NCBI GenBank assembly: GCA_003562365.1
Contig: PWVB01000338.1
Coordinates: 1 to 48,015 of the forward strand
DNA: 48,015 nt
Origin: Anaerolineae bacterium
Lineage (GTDB): Bacteria; Chloroflexota; Anaerolineae; B4-G1; SLSP01
Reading direction: 5' to 3'
Shown here: positions 17,459-26,800 of the stretch, piece by piece
Position numbering within the stretch: the first letter of the stretch is position 1
Layout of the letters: every line of letters begins with the position of its first letter
Translations under genes and position numbers: made by a program
Notes under the pieces: generated by a model
Database searches by the model: none
What the model was told of the DNA's origin: nothing
Seen by the model: the letters and a program-made list of their open reading frames with translations, nothing else

Positions 17459-17534
17459 TCCTAGCTCCTTGTCTCTAGACAAGCTTCTCGGGTGATACCG
17501 TATACGGGAGACCTTCGTCGGGTCGGCTTGCCTT

Positions 17535-18212
17535 CTAGCAGTCCTCCACCAGCCCTTTGGCGGCAGCAAACATGCCCTCGATGTCGAGGTGTGTTGTATC
17601 GAAGTGCACGGCGTCGGGCGCGGCGCGCAAGGGTGCCGCTGCTCGCTGACTATCGATCCGGTCGCGGCGTCGAATGCCGTTGAGCACCTCAGCATAGGGG
17701 AGTGGCTTTTTCCGTTTCTGCAGCTCAAGGTAACGGCGACGCGCACGCTCCTCGGCCGAGGCGGTGACGTAGAGCTTCAGGTCGGCATCGGGGATCACGA
17801 CGGTCCCGATGTCCCGTCCTACCATCACGACCTGCCCCTGCGCTGCGATCTCGCGCATGCGGCGAGTGAGTGCCTCGCGTACGCCGGGATAGGCGGAGAC
17901 TGGAGAGACGGCTTGCTCAACCTGTGGCGCTCGAATTTCTGAGGTGACGTCGTCACCATCAACCCGTACGGTGTAGTGGCGTCCATCAGATTCGGACGGG
18001 GCGGAGATCTCGATCTCGACCTCTCTGGCTACCTGTGTCACTTGTGCTTCGTCGTCGATCGGAATACCGCGGTTCTGCACAGCCCATGTGGCCGCGCGAT
18101 AGAGGACGCCGGTATCCAGGAATAGATAGCCCAGGTGGCGGGCTAGATGGAAGCCCAGCGTGGTTTTGCCCGATGCTGCCGGGCCATCAATAGCGATAGT
18201 CAAGGGTTTCAT
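17535..18212 (-). CDS. cmk: cytidylate kinase
   Basis: MKPLTIAIDGPAASGKTT P-loop, then ...LDTGVLYRA...GRDIGTVV. The ATG overlaps the rluB stop (ATGA). Confidence 0.93.
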   Translation of the reverse strand: MKPLTIAIDGPAASGKTTLGFHLARHLGYLFLDTGVLYRAATWAVQNRGIPIDDEAQVTQVAREVEIEISAPSESDGRHYTVRVDGDDVTSEIRAPQVEQAVSPVSAYPGVREALTRRMREIAAQGQVVMVGRDIGTVVIPDADLKLYVTASAEERARRRYLELQKRKKPLPYAEVLNGIRRRDRIDSQRAAAPLRAAPDAVHFDTTHLDIEGMFAAAKGLVEDC

Positions 18213-19051
18213 CGTCGGTTTCTGTCAGGTTTGGACGAGGACGGTCTCCCCCGCGACGGCCTGCGCCGCGAGGAGCGCCGTGATCCGGGTCGGCCCCTTC
18301 GGGTCGAAGATGCACCGCGTACGTCTTCCCGCAGCTTGCGACGCTCTTCATCGCTCAGGTGGCGCCACTTTCCCACGGCCAGCTCTCTCAATTCCAGCGG
18401 GCCCATCTTGATGCGGATCAGGCGCTTCGGTGGGTGTCCCAAAGCGGCGACGATGCGCCTCACCAGGTGCTTGCGTCCCTCGTGGACGGTGATGCGCAAC
18501 CACGCGTCCTCGTGTCGCCGATCTTCAACATAGGCGTGATCAAATCGCGCCGGGCGTCCATCAAGCGTAATACCGCGCTGCCATCGCTCCACCGTGGCGG
18601 CGTCAGGCACGCCCTCCACCAGCACGCGGTAGACCCGCGGGTGCTCATAACTTGGATGGGTCAGGCGCTGTGTCAACGCGCCATCATTAGTTAGCAGAAT
18701 GAGCCCTTCGCTCTCCGCATCAAGACGGCCGACCGGGTAGAGACGCACTGGCTCTCCCCGTCGCGACAGTGGGATATCGATCAAGTCTAACACAGTCCTG
18801 CGGCCCCGGGGGTCGCTGGTGGTCGAGATAACGCCCCGTGGTTTGTTCAGCACGATGTAGAGCATCGGCTGAGGTCTGGAGATTGGCACACCATCGACCT
18901 CAATCCGGTGTTGGGTAGGGTCGGCCTTGTCACCTAAGCGTGCGATCTGCCCGTCGACGGTGACTCGCCCCTCTTCAATGATGCTCTCACAGGTCCGGCG
19001 TGATCCGTATCCTGCGCGAGCTAATAGCTTCTGCAATCGTTCAGTTTCCAT
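18209..19051 (-). CDS. rluB: 23S rRNA pseudouridine synthase, RsuA/RluB family, with an Arg/Ser-rich C-terminal tail
   Basis: S4 domain ERLQKLLARAGYGSRRTCESIIEEGRVTVDG and catalytic motif GRLDAESEGLILLTNDG. The start is re-set to ATG 19051 (METERLQ). Confidence 0.88.
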   Translation of the reverse strand: METERLQKLLARAGYGSRRTCESIIEEGRVTVDGQIARLGDKADPTQHRIEVDGVPISRPQPMLYIVLNKPRGVISTTSDPRGRRTVLDLIDIPLSRRGEPVRLYPVGRLDAESEGLILLTNDGALTQRLTHPSYEHPRVYRVLVEGVPDAATVERWQRGITLDGRPARFDHAYVEDRRHEDAWLRITVHEGRKHLVRRIVAALGHPPKRLIRIKMGPLELRELAVGKWRHLSDEERRKLREDVRGASSTRRGRPGSRRSSRRRPSRGRPSSSKPDRNRR

Positions 19052-19146
19052 AGCCTCATTATACGTGTATCGGGCGTAATCGCGAACCGCTGACCACGTG
19101 GAAGACCTGCAACCGCTCTCAAGTACTACCCGCTGTTCTCTTATCG

Positions 19147-19155
19147 TGCTATAAT
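19147..19155 (+). promoter_or_regulatory. possible extended -10 promoter (TGcTATAAT) for rnc-clpC
   Basis: tgcTATAAT at 19147-19155 lies ~60 nt upstream of the rnc ATG, in the divergent rluB/rnc spacer. The -35 region is poor (tacccg). Confidence 0.35.
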
Positions 19156-19213
19156 CGACATGTGAAGTCCATTGCATCCTGCCCCGCCGGCGTGTAGCAT
19201 TTTAGGAGCGTAC

Positions 19214-19936
19214 ATGGGAAAGCTGGAGCATCCTCTATATATCGTGCAGGCTAGTCTGAACTACCGATTCCGGGATCTCGCCCTTCTTGAACTCGCCTTG
19301 ACCCACCCATCCTATGCTCACGAGCACCCTGAAGACGGGGGAGAGGAGCAACACAACCAGCGCTTGGAGTTTCTCGGGGATGCGGTTCTTGATTTTTTAG
19401 TCGCTGCGTGGCTCTATCGCACCTATCCGGATTTTCCTGAAGGTCCACTGACCCGCCTACGGGCGATGTTGGTGCGCACAACGACCCTGGCGGCGCTGGC
19501 CAAGGCGCTGAATCTGGGACATGCTCTGCGGCTAGGGCGAGGTGAGGAGGAGAGTGGTGGCGGTCAGCGATCGGCCAATCTCTGTGACGCGCTGGAGGCC
19601 ACGGTTGGCGCTCTCTATCTTGACGGTGGTCTGGACATTATCTGGTCCCGGCTGGAGCCGTGGTTCGCTCGAAAGGCCGACGAGATCTTGGAGGCGGAGT
19701 CCTATGTGGATGCAAAGTCCCGCTTTCAAGAATGGGCGCAGGCCGAATTGGGCGAGACGCCTGCCTATAGAATCGTCCACGAGCGGGGACCGGATCACGC
19801 CAAGGTCTTCACAGCTCAGGTGTTGGTTGGCGCTGACGTGGTTGGTGAGGGTAGCGGGGCAAGCAAACGCTTGGCGGAGCAGGCCGCAGCCGATGCCGCC
19901 CTGAACAGATATGTAGCGTTGTCCGTGAGTAGGTAG
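19214..19936 (+). CDS. rnc: ribonuclease III
   Basis: The RNase III signature is [14 protein letters not shown], followed by a C-terminal dsRBD (...KSRFQEWAQ...[12 protein letters not shown]...[12 protein letters not shown]). The start is re-set to ATG 19214 after AGGAG. Confidence 0.93.
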   Translation: MGKLEHPLYIVQASLNYRFRDLALLELALTHPSYAHEHPEDGGEEQHNQRLEFLGDAVLDFLVAAWLYRTYPDFPEGPLTRLRAMLVRTTTLAALAKALNLGHALRLGRGEEESGGGQRSANLCDALEATVGALYLDGGLDIIWSRLEPWFARKADEILEAESYVDAKSRFQEWAQAELGETPAYRIVHERGPDHAKVFTAQVLVGADVVGEGSGASKRLAEQAAADAALNRYVALSVSR

Positions 19937-19950
19937 GGGAACGAACATCG

Positions 19951-22428
19951 ATGATGCGTTTTGATCGTTTTACGGAGCGGGCCCAGGAGGCGGCGCAGCG
20001 CGCCGTTGAGTTGATGACCCGTTATGGCCACAGTCAAGTTGATGTTGAGCATCTATTGCTGGCCCTCATCCAACAGAAAGAAGGTACGATCCCAGAGTTG
20101 CTGAGGGAACTGGGGGCGGATCCAATCTATCTCGCTGATGCTCTGGATCGACTCCTGCGCGACAATTCTCGACCAGGGATATATGGTGCACGAGGTAACC
20201 AGCAGGTATTCATCACGCCCCGCGTCAAGCGAGTCCTGGACTCAAGTCAGGACGAGGCGAATACACTAAAGGATGAGTACATCTCCACCGAGCATCTGCT
20301 GCTGGCCATCACTCAGGAGCAAAACACGCCGGTCGCCAGCCTCCTTCAGGAACATATGATCACTCGCGAACGGGTGCGGGAAGTGGTTATGCGGATGCGG
20401 GGAGGGCAGCGGGTGACCTCCTCTCAGGCAGAGACGAAGTTCCGCACGCTGGACCGGTTCAGTCGTGATCTGACCCAACTGGCTCGAGAGCAGAAGCTGG
20501 ATCCCGTAATCGGTCGCGCGCAGGAGATCCAGCGGGTGATTCAGATCCTGGTGCGGCGCACCAAGAACAACCCGGTGCTGATCGGGGAAGCCGGCGTCGG
20601 TAAGACCGCGATTGTGGAGGGCTTGGCTCAGAACATCATCAACGATGATGTTCCCGAGATCTTGAAACACAAGCGCTTGCTGTTGCTGGACCTAGGAGGG
20701 CTCGTTGCCGGCACTCGCTTTCGAGGGGAGTTTGAGGAACGTCTGAAGACGATACTGGAGGAGATCCAGCGTGCTGAAGGAGAGATCATCCTCTTCATTG
20801 ACGAGCTACATACGGTGGTAGGGGCGGGGAATGCTCAGGGCGCCTTGGATGCCTCGAACATGATCAAGCCGGCGCTGGCCCGTGGTGCCTTGCAGTGTAT
20901 CGGCGCCACCACGCTGGACGAGTATCGGCAGCACATCGAGAAGGATGGGGCGTTGGAGCGGCGGTTTGCCACGGTCTTTGTCGAGGAACCCTCGGTTGAG
21001 GATACGATTGAGATGCTCCACGGCCTGCGTGATCGCTATGAGGCTCACCATAAGGTGCGCATCAGTGATGACGCCCTTATGGCAGCTGCGCGCCTATCCC
21101 ACCGTTACGTGACAGATCGTCATCTGCCGGACAAGGCCATTGATGTGATGGACGAAGCCTCTGCCAAGTTGCGCGTGACCCTTTTCACCCTTCCACCTGA
21201 TCTCAAGCAAATGGAAGCGGAAATCAACCGGATGCAGGGAGAGGAGGAAGCGGCCGGTAACATGCGGGATTATGAACGGGCCGCCGAAGTCAAGACGCAG
21301 CGGATGCAGCTAGAGGCGACCTTTTTTGAAAAGCGTGAGGAGTGGCTCAATCGCCATCAGTTAGACGAGACCGTGGAGGCCGAGGATATCGCGGATGTTG
21401 TCTCGGTGTGGACGGGGATTCCGGTCTATCAGGTGCTGGAAAAAGAAGCCGATAAGTTGCTACGGATGGAGGAGGCTCTCCGGGAGCGGATTATCGGTCA
21501 GGATGAAGCTATCGGTGTGATCGCGGACGCGATCCGTCGTGCGCGTGCCGGTTTAAAGGACCCACGCCGGCCCATCGGCACCTTTGTCTTCCTGGGATCC
21601 TCCGGGGTTGGCAAGACCGAGACGGCTAAGGCTTTGGCGGCCTTTTTGTTCGACGATGAGGACGCACTGCTGCGTGTTGACATGAGTGAATATCGGGAGG
21701 GGCACACCGTCTCTCGGCTTTTTGGCGCTCCTCCCGGATACGTGGGGTATGATCAGGGTGGCCAGCTGACCGAATCGGTGCGGCGCCGGCCCTACCAGGT
21801 TGTGCTTTTTGACGAGATCGAGAAGGCACACCCTGATGTTTGGAATGCGATGCTTCAGATATTAGATGAGGGACGACTGACCGATGGCCAGGGCCGGACC
21901 GTCGACTTCCGCAATACGGTTGTGATCATGACCTCAAATGTCGGGACGGATTACCTTAGCCGCGGCGGTGCGCTGGGATTCTCTAGGGGTAAGGATGAGG
22001 AGGATGAGCAGGGCCGGCGTCGAACACTCTCAGCGCTTAAGGAGACATTCCGTCCCGAGTTCATCAACCGCGTCGATGAAATCATCATCTTCAACAACCT
22101 CAACCTCAATGATGTCGAGCGGATTGTCGATCTACAAATGCGGGAGATTCGCGAACGGCTGTTGGAGCACGGTCTGGATGTCACGTTGACCGATGCCGTA
22201 AAAGGCTGGCTTGCTGAGCAGGGTTTTGATCCGCAATTCGGTGCTCGACCGCTGCGCCGAGTGATCCAGCGCTATGTTGAGAGCCCCCTCAGCGTGGAGC
22301 TACTGCGTGGTAAATACGTTGGCGGGGCTCGCGTGGTGGTGGAGCTTGAGGACGGCGCCCTTGTCTTTCGTGCAGAATCGTCGGCGGAGGCGTCGTCCGT
22401 TGTGGAGGCAGTCGATGCCTCTTCCTAG
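19951..22428 (+). CDS. clpC: Clp/Hsp100 AAA+ chaperone, ClpC-type (two ATPase domains)
   Basis: It has a duplicated Clp_N repeat and Walker A motifs GEAGVGKTA and GSSGVGKTE. The short middle domain carries a UVR-like [10 protein letters not shown] rather than the long ClpB coiled coil. A candidate ClpP-docking loop is GGALGFSRG. At 825 aa it fits ClpC better than ClpB. Confidence 0.85.
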   Translation: MMRFDRFTERAQEAAQRAVELMTRYGHSQVDVEHLLLALIQQKEGTIPELLRELGADPIYLADALDRLLRDNSRPGIYGARGNQQVFITPRVKRVLDSSQDEANTLKDEYISTEHLLLAITQEQNTPVASLLQEHMITRERVREVVMRMRGGQRVTSSQAETKFRTLDRFSRDLTQLAREQKLDPVIGRAQEIQRVIQILVRRTKNNPVLIGEAGVGKTAIVEGLAQNIINDDVPEILKHKRLLLLDLGGLVAGTRFRGEFEERLKTILEEIQRAEGEIILFIDELHTVVGAGNAQGALDASNMIKPALARGALQCIGATTLDEYRQHIEKDGALERRFATVFVEEPSVEDTIEMLHGLRDRYEAHHKVRISDDALMAAARLSHRYVTDRHLPDKAIDVMDEASAKLRVTLFTLPPDLKQMEAEINRMQGEEEAAGNMRDYERAAEVKTQRMQLEATFFEKREEWLNRHQLDETVEAEDIADVVSVWTGIPVYQVLEKEADKLLRMEEALRERIIGQDEAIGVIADAIRRARAGLKDPRRPIGTFVFLGSSGVGKTETAKALAAFLFDDEDALLRVDMSEYREGHTVSRLFGAPPGYVGYDQGGQLTESVRRRPYQVVLFDEIEKAHPDVWNAMLQILDEGRLTDGQGRTVDFRNTVVIMTSNVGTDYLSRGGALGFSRGKDEEDEQGRRRTLSALKETFRPEFINRVDEIIIFNNLNLNDVERIVDLQMREIRERLLEHGLDVTLTDAVKGWLAEQGFDPQFGARPLRRVIQRYVESPLSVELLRGKYVGGARVVVELEDGALVFRAESSAEASSVVEAVDASS

Positions 22429-22456
22429 TCTCTGCTGGCGGTGTTGTTCCTAAGCA

Positions 22457-22473
22457 CGCCGCGGGTCGCGGCG
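22457..22473 (+). terminator. GC-rich hairpin after clpC (weak terminator candidate)
   Basis: cgccgcg-ggt-cgcggcg is a 7-bp all-GC stem starting 29 nt after the clpC stop. No adjacent U-tract follows; ggtttt occurs 10 nt later. Confidence 0.3.
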
Positions 22474-22556
22474 AAAGGAGGTAGGTTTTCGAAGACACGC
22501 TGCATCCCGGAACGGTACAGTTAGACACATCCCTTAGTCGTAAGGAGGAGTAAGCT

Positions 22557-23612
22557 ATGCGCAAACGTCTGTCAGTTGTGTTGGTGTTCGTGCTGTTGTT
22601 CAGTTTGGTGCTCTCGGCGTGTGGACGCGAGGATCGTGGTGACTTCCAGGTCGGGATGATCACCGATATCGGCGGAATCGATGATGCTTCCTTCAATGCC
22701 ACGTCGTGGGCCGGGGTCGAGCGAGCGGAAAATGAACTTGGCATTCAGGGAGACTTTTTGGAGTCCCAGGCACAGACGGACTACGCCCCTAACATTACTC
22801 AGTTTATCAACCAGGGCTATGAATTGATCGTCACCGTGGGTTTCCTGCTGGCTGACGATACCGCTGAGTTTGCCCGAGCCAACCCCGATGTCAGCTTCGC
22901 GATTGTTGACTTCTCCTATGATCCGCCCATCGATAATGTCCGCGGGCTGGTCTTCGCCACCGATGAAGCCGCCTTTCTGGCCGGCTACGCTGCAGCTGCG
23001 GCCACTCAGACCGGGATCGTGGCGACCTTTGGCGGCATCAACATCCCTCCAGTCTCCATCTTCATGGTCGGCTTTGAGAGCGGTGTTAACTACTACAATG
23101 CTCAACACGGGGCCGATGTACAGGTCCTGGGTTGGAACACCGCCGAGAACACAGGGGTCTTTGTTGGCAACTTCGAATCCACCGACGACGGTCGCCGCGT
23201 AGCGGATGAGCTACTGTCTGAGGGCGCGGATATTATCATGCCGGTAGCCGGACCCGTCGGCTTGGGATCGGCGCAGGCTGTTCAAGAGTTTGGGAACGCA
23301 TGGATCATCGGTGTGGACACTGATTGGACGGTCAGCGCCCCCGAGTACGCCAACGTCATCCTGACCAGCGTCTTGAAGAACATGGACGTTGCCGTCTTCG
23401 ACACCATCGAGATGGCCTCCAATCCGGACTTCCAGTCCTTCGGCGGTGAGACCTACGTGGGCATGCTCGATAATGATGGTGTGGGCATCTCAGATGTTGC
23501 TGCGGGTGCTATCTCAGCCGAGGTGCGCACTGAGATAGAAGCGCTTCGCGAGGCGATCATCAACAATGAGATCGATACCGGTTGGGCAGGTTACATCGCT
23601 GGCCTGAACTGA
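22557..23612 (+). CDS. BMP-family (PnrA/Med-like) ABC substrate-binding lipoprotein, probably nucleoside-binding
   Basis: A lipoprotein signal with lipobox LSAC|G, then ...ITDIGGIDDASFN...INQGYELIV.. typical of the basic membrane protein family. It is followed by the matching ATPase and two permeases. Confidence 0.88.
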   Translation: MRKRLSVVLVFVLLFSLVLSACGREDRGDFQVGMITDIGGIDDASFNATSWAGVERAENELGIQGDFLESQAQTDYAPNITQFINQGYELIVTVGFLLADDTAEFARANPDVSFAIVDFSYDPPIDNVRGLVFATDEAAFLAGYAAAAATQTGIVATFGGINIPPVSIFMVGFESGVNYYNAQHGADVQVLGWNTAENTGVFVGNFESTDDGRRVADELLSEGADIIMPVAGPVGLGSAQAVQEFGNAWIIGVDTDWTVSAPEYANVILTSVLKNMDVAVFDTIEMASNPDFQSFGGETYVGMLDNDGVGISDVAAGAISAEVRTEIEALREAIINNEIDTGWAGYIAGLN

Positions 23613-23623
23613 GCGAGCTTCGG

Positions 23624-23653
23624 GGCTGGAGAGGATATTGATCCTCTCCAGCC
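23624..23653 (+). terminator. strong intercistronic stem-loop after the binding-protein gene (attenuator or mRNA-stabiliser candidate)
   Basis: ggctggagagga-tattga-tcctctccagcc is a perfect 12-bp stem with a 6-nt loop, starting 12 nt after the stop codon. No U-tract follows (atatagtg). Confidence 0.5.
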
Positions 23654-23838
23654 ATATAGTGAGAATGCGTCGCGCTAACGGCCGAGCGATCGTCTCCGGT
23701 AGATTTCGAGGGTGGTGTGTGCCCGACACAGCCGAGTCTGCGATCTGCAATTGGTAACAGGTGGCAGGGAGTAGTGAGTAAGCCTTTTTGGTAACTTGCT
23801 GACTATTCCCTGCCTCTTGTGTGAGAAAGAGAGGAACT

Positions 23839-25392
23839 ATGTCAACGGTGCTCGAGCTGAAAGGCATCACTAAGCGCTTCCCTGGGGTGCTTGCCAATGA
23901 CCACATCGATCTGTCGCTGGAGAAGGGTGAGGTCTTGGGTTTGTTGGGTGAGAATGGTGCCGGTAAGAGCACACTGATGAACATCCTCTACGGCCTTTAC
24001 GCTCCAGACGAAGGTGAGATCCATGTGCGTGGTGCAGAGGTCCGCATCACGCGACCGAGCGACGCGATCGCGCTGGGCATTGGTATGGTCCACCAGCACT
24101 TTATGCTGGTGCCAGTCTTGACGGTCACGGATAATGTCATGTTGGGGATGGAGCCTGCACATTTTCTGGGGTTCCTAGATCGGAGCGTGGCGGCCCGACG
24201 GATTCAGGAGGTCTCTAACCGCTACGGTTTGGGCGTCGATCCGAGCGCTGTCATCGAGGATTTACCGGTAGGGATTCAGCAGCGCGTGGAGATCATTAAG
24301 TTGCTCTATCGCAACGCTGATATCCTGATCCTGGATGAGCCAACTGCGGTATTGACACCTCAAGAAGTGGAGGGGCTCTTCAAAGTCATCCGCTCGATGG
24401 TCTCGCAGGGGAAGTCAGTGATCTTCATCTCTCACAAACTCAAGGAAGTCCTGGAGATTTCTGATAGGATCGTCGTGCTGCGCAGCGGACGGGTTGCGGG
24501 CACCACAACGTCCGCCGCGAGCGATGAGCGCGACCTCGCGGCGATGATGGTAGGCCGAGAAGTCATTCTTTCGGTGCCCAAGGAAGCCCGCGCGCCTGAG
24601 GCCGTCATTTTACAGGTCGAGGACCTCGCCGTCAGAGACGATCACGGCGCAATGGCCGTGAAAGGCATCTCATTCCAGGTGCGGGGAGGCGAGATCGTGG
24701 GCGTTGCCGGCGTTCAGGGCAATGGCCAGACCGAGCTGGTGGAGGCGCTGACGGGATTACGTCCGATCGACGGTGGGCGCCTTGAGATTGCGGGCCGGGA
24801 TGTTACTCGAGCGACCCCGCGTAAGGTGACTGAGGTCGGCACGGCCCATATTCCTGAAGATCGCCAGCACGTTGGTCTGGTCCTCGACTATCCCATCACC
24901 CACAATCTGGTCCTCAATAGCTACTACCTGCCGCCTGTGGCGCGGGATTGGGTGATCCAAGAAGAGGTCATCAATGAGCGGGCCGAGCGTCTGGTGGCTG
25001 AGTACGACATACGCACGCCCAATACCTTCACGCCTGTCGGGAATCTCTCTGGCGGCAATCAGCAGAAAGTCATTGTCGCCCGAGAGCTCAGCCGTCCGGT
25101 TAAGCTGACGATAGCTTCGCAACCGACTCGGGGCCTGGATGTGGGTTCGATTGAGTATATCCACGGGCAGCTTGTCCGGAAGCGCGACGAGGGGGCCGCG
25201 GTTTTCGTCGTCTCGGCAGAGTTGGACGAGGTGATGTCTCTGGCGGATCGCATTATCGTGATGTACGAGGGCCGGATCATGGGTGTTGTGGCTGCCGAGC
25301 ACACGACCAAAGAAGATCTCGGTCTGATGATGGCGGGCGTGGCACCGTCAAGCAAGGGGACGCATATCTCTGCTCTACAGTCCGCAGGCTGA
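23839..25392 (+). CDS. ABC transporter ATP-binding protein with duplicated ATPase domains (sugar/nucleoside CUT2 type)
   Basis: Domain 1 has Walker A GENGAGKST, signature-region QQRVEI and Walker B ILILDEPT. Domain 2 has LSGGNQQK and VFVVSAELDE. The start is re-set to ATG 23839 (MSTVLELKGITKRF) after GAGAGGAA. Confidence 0.92.
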   Translation: MSTVLELKGITKRFPGVLANDHIDLSLEKGEVLGLLGENGAGKSTLMNILYGLYAPDEGEIHVRGAEVRITRPSDAIALGIGMVHQHFMLVPVLTVTDNVMLGMEPAHFLGFLDRSVAARRIQEVSNRYGLGVDPSAVIEDLPVGIQQRVEIIKLLYRNADILILDEPTAVLTPQEVEGLFKVIRSMVSQGKSVIFISHKLKEVLEISDRIVVLRSGRVAGTTTSAASDERDLAAMMVGREVILSVPKEARAPEAVILQVEDLAVRDDHGAMAVKGISFQVRGGEIVGVAGVQGNGQTELVEALTGLRPIDGGRLEIAGRDVTRATPRKVTEVGTAHIPEDRQHVGLVLDYPITHNLVLNSYYLPPVARDWVIQEEVINERAERLVAEYDIRTPNTFTPVGNLSGGNQQKVIVARELSRPVKLTIASQPTRGLDVGSIEYIHGQLVRKRDEGAAVFVVSAELDEVMSLADRIIVMYEGRIMGVVAAEHTTKEDLGLMMAGVAPSSKGTHISALQSAG

Positions 25393-25455
25393 GGTTCCCG
25401 GGGCGAGTGTATAGCATTCATCTGAGTCGCTCCGGCCTCAAGAAAGGAAACGCCT

Positions 25456-26781
25456 ATGCATACCAAGCCGTCGGATTCGGCTGACAGCGAAGCACCGCTT
25501 GATCGGTCGGAACCGCCTGCGCCCCAGCTACAGGAAGGGCCCCGGCCGATCTCCTCGCCATCGCCAGAGAAGCGTCCTCGGAGCAGATTCGGTTTGCGGA
25601 GCCTCTTGCTGCCGCTCTTGGCGATCGGCACGGCGCTGGTTCTGGGGGCGCTGCTCATCGTATTAACCGACGTGACGGTCTACGAAGCTTTTCTGGAGAA
25701 TCCCCTTCTGGGTGTTGGTCGGGGCTTTGCGGTCATTGGTCGGGCCTATGGTGCCTATTTCGTGGGCGCCTTTGGCGATCCAGTTCAGTTGACGGAAGCC
25801 TTGCTCAGTGGGAACGTGCCGCGCATCCTGCGAGCTATCTATCCAATCACAGAGACTTTGCGGATCTCCACCCCCTATATTTTTGCTGGTCTGGCTGTGG
25901 CTCTGGGGTTTCAGGGCGGGCTGTTCAACATCGGCGCCGAGGGGCAATATTTTATCGCTGGTCTGGCTACCGTTTTTCTCGGTTACAGTCTTGTTGGGGT
26001 CCCGCAGCTCCTGCATTTGCCGCTGGCTCTCTTGGCCGGTATGGCCGGCGGTGCGCTGTGGGCTGCTATCCCAGGCTACCTGAAGGCCAAGACTGGCGCA
26101 CACGAGGTCATCACCACCATTATGCTCAACTACATCTCATTTCGCTTTGCTGAATACATGCTGGATGTTGGCGGGCCTATGGCCCGCGGCGATGGTCGAC
26201 CCGTCAGTCCGGAGATTCTGCCCAGCGCCTATCTGCCGCAGTTCTTCCCCGGGCGGATCGAGCTCCGGGTGAATTTCGGGTTCTTCCTGGCTCTGGCTGC
26301 AGCCTGGGCGGTGTGGTGGCTGCTCTACAAGACCACGCTGGGGTTCGAGATCCGTACTGTCGGTAAGAACCCACGGGCAGGCCGCTATGCCGGCATCAAC
26401 GTCCCGCGCAGCATTGTAATCACGATGGCGCTGAGCGGCGCATTGGCTGGGCTCTCCGCCGCCACCGACATCCTGGGCGTTCTGCGCTTTATGCCCAATG
26501 CCTTCTTTTCAGGATACGGCTTCGACGCGATTGCACTGGCTCTGCTGGGCAAGAGCCACCCAGTGGGCGTTGTCCTGGCTTCGCTGCTTTTTGGGGCTTT
26601 GCGAGCTGGGGCCCGCAACATGCAGGGTATCGCGCGCGTACCTCTCGACATCACATCCATCATTCAGGGATTGATCATCGTCTTTATCGCCGCCCCCGAG
26701 ATTATCCGTCAGATCTACCGGTTGCGAGGGCGACTCGAAGACGACGGTCTGGCGTTAGCCCGCGATTGGGGCGAGGGCTAG
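25456..26781 (+). CDS. ABC transporter permease (BPD_transp_2 type) with a ~55-aa Pro/Ser-rich N-terminal extension
   Basis: Polytopic, with ...FNIGAEGQYFIAGLA... typical of RbsC/nucleoside permeases. It sits directly between the ATPase and the second permease. Confidence 0.88.
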   Translation: MHTKPSDSADSEAPLDRSEPPAPQLQEGPRPISSPSPEKRPRSRFGLRSLLLPLLAIGTALVLGALLIVLTDVTVYEAFLENPLLGVGRGFAVIGRAYGAYFVGAFGDPVQLTEALLSGNVPRILRAIYPITETLRISTPYIFAGLAVALGFQGGLFNIGAEGQYFIAGLATVFLGYSLVGVPQLLHLPLALLAGMAGGALWAAIPGYLKAKTGAHEVITTIMLNYISFRFAEYMLDVGGPMARGDGRPVSPEILPSAYLPQFFPGRIELRVNFGFFLALAAAWAVWWLLYKTTLGFEIRTVGKNPRAGRYAGINVPRSIVITMALSGALAGLSAATDILGVLRFMPNAFFSGYGFDAIALALLGKSHPVGVVLASLLFGALRAGARNMQGIARVPLDITSIIQGLIIVFIAAPEIIRQIYRLRGRLEDDGLALARDWGEG

Positions 26782-26800
26782 CCACCACCAGGAGGAACCC

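Noticed and set aside
17459-17746. Long N-terminal extensions on track ORFs: lpd (+96 codons), OFOR gamma (+86), alpha (+30), beta (+19) and delta (+24), rluB (+42), the sensor-regulator (+62), rnc (+14) and the FmdB protein (+27).
   Set aside because: The extensions overlap upstream genes, lack homology to the family N-termini, and have internal ATG/GTG codons with good Shine-Dalgarno sequences at the expected family start. They are treated as ORF-calling artefacts, not biology.
23172-23180. A TTCGAATCC string resembling a tRNA T-loop.
   Set aside because: It lies inside the BMP lipoprotein CDS (…GNFESTDDG…). No acceptor, D or anticodon arms can be built around it. I found no tRNA in any intergenic region.
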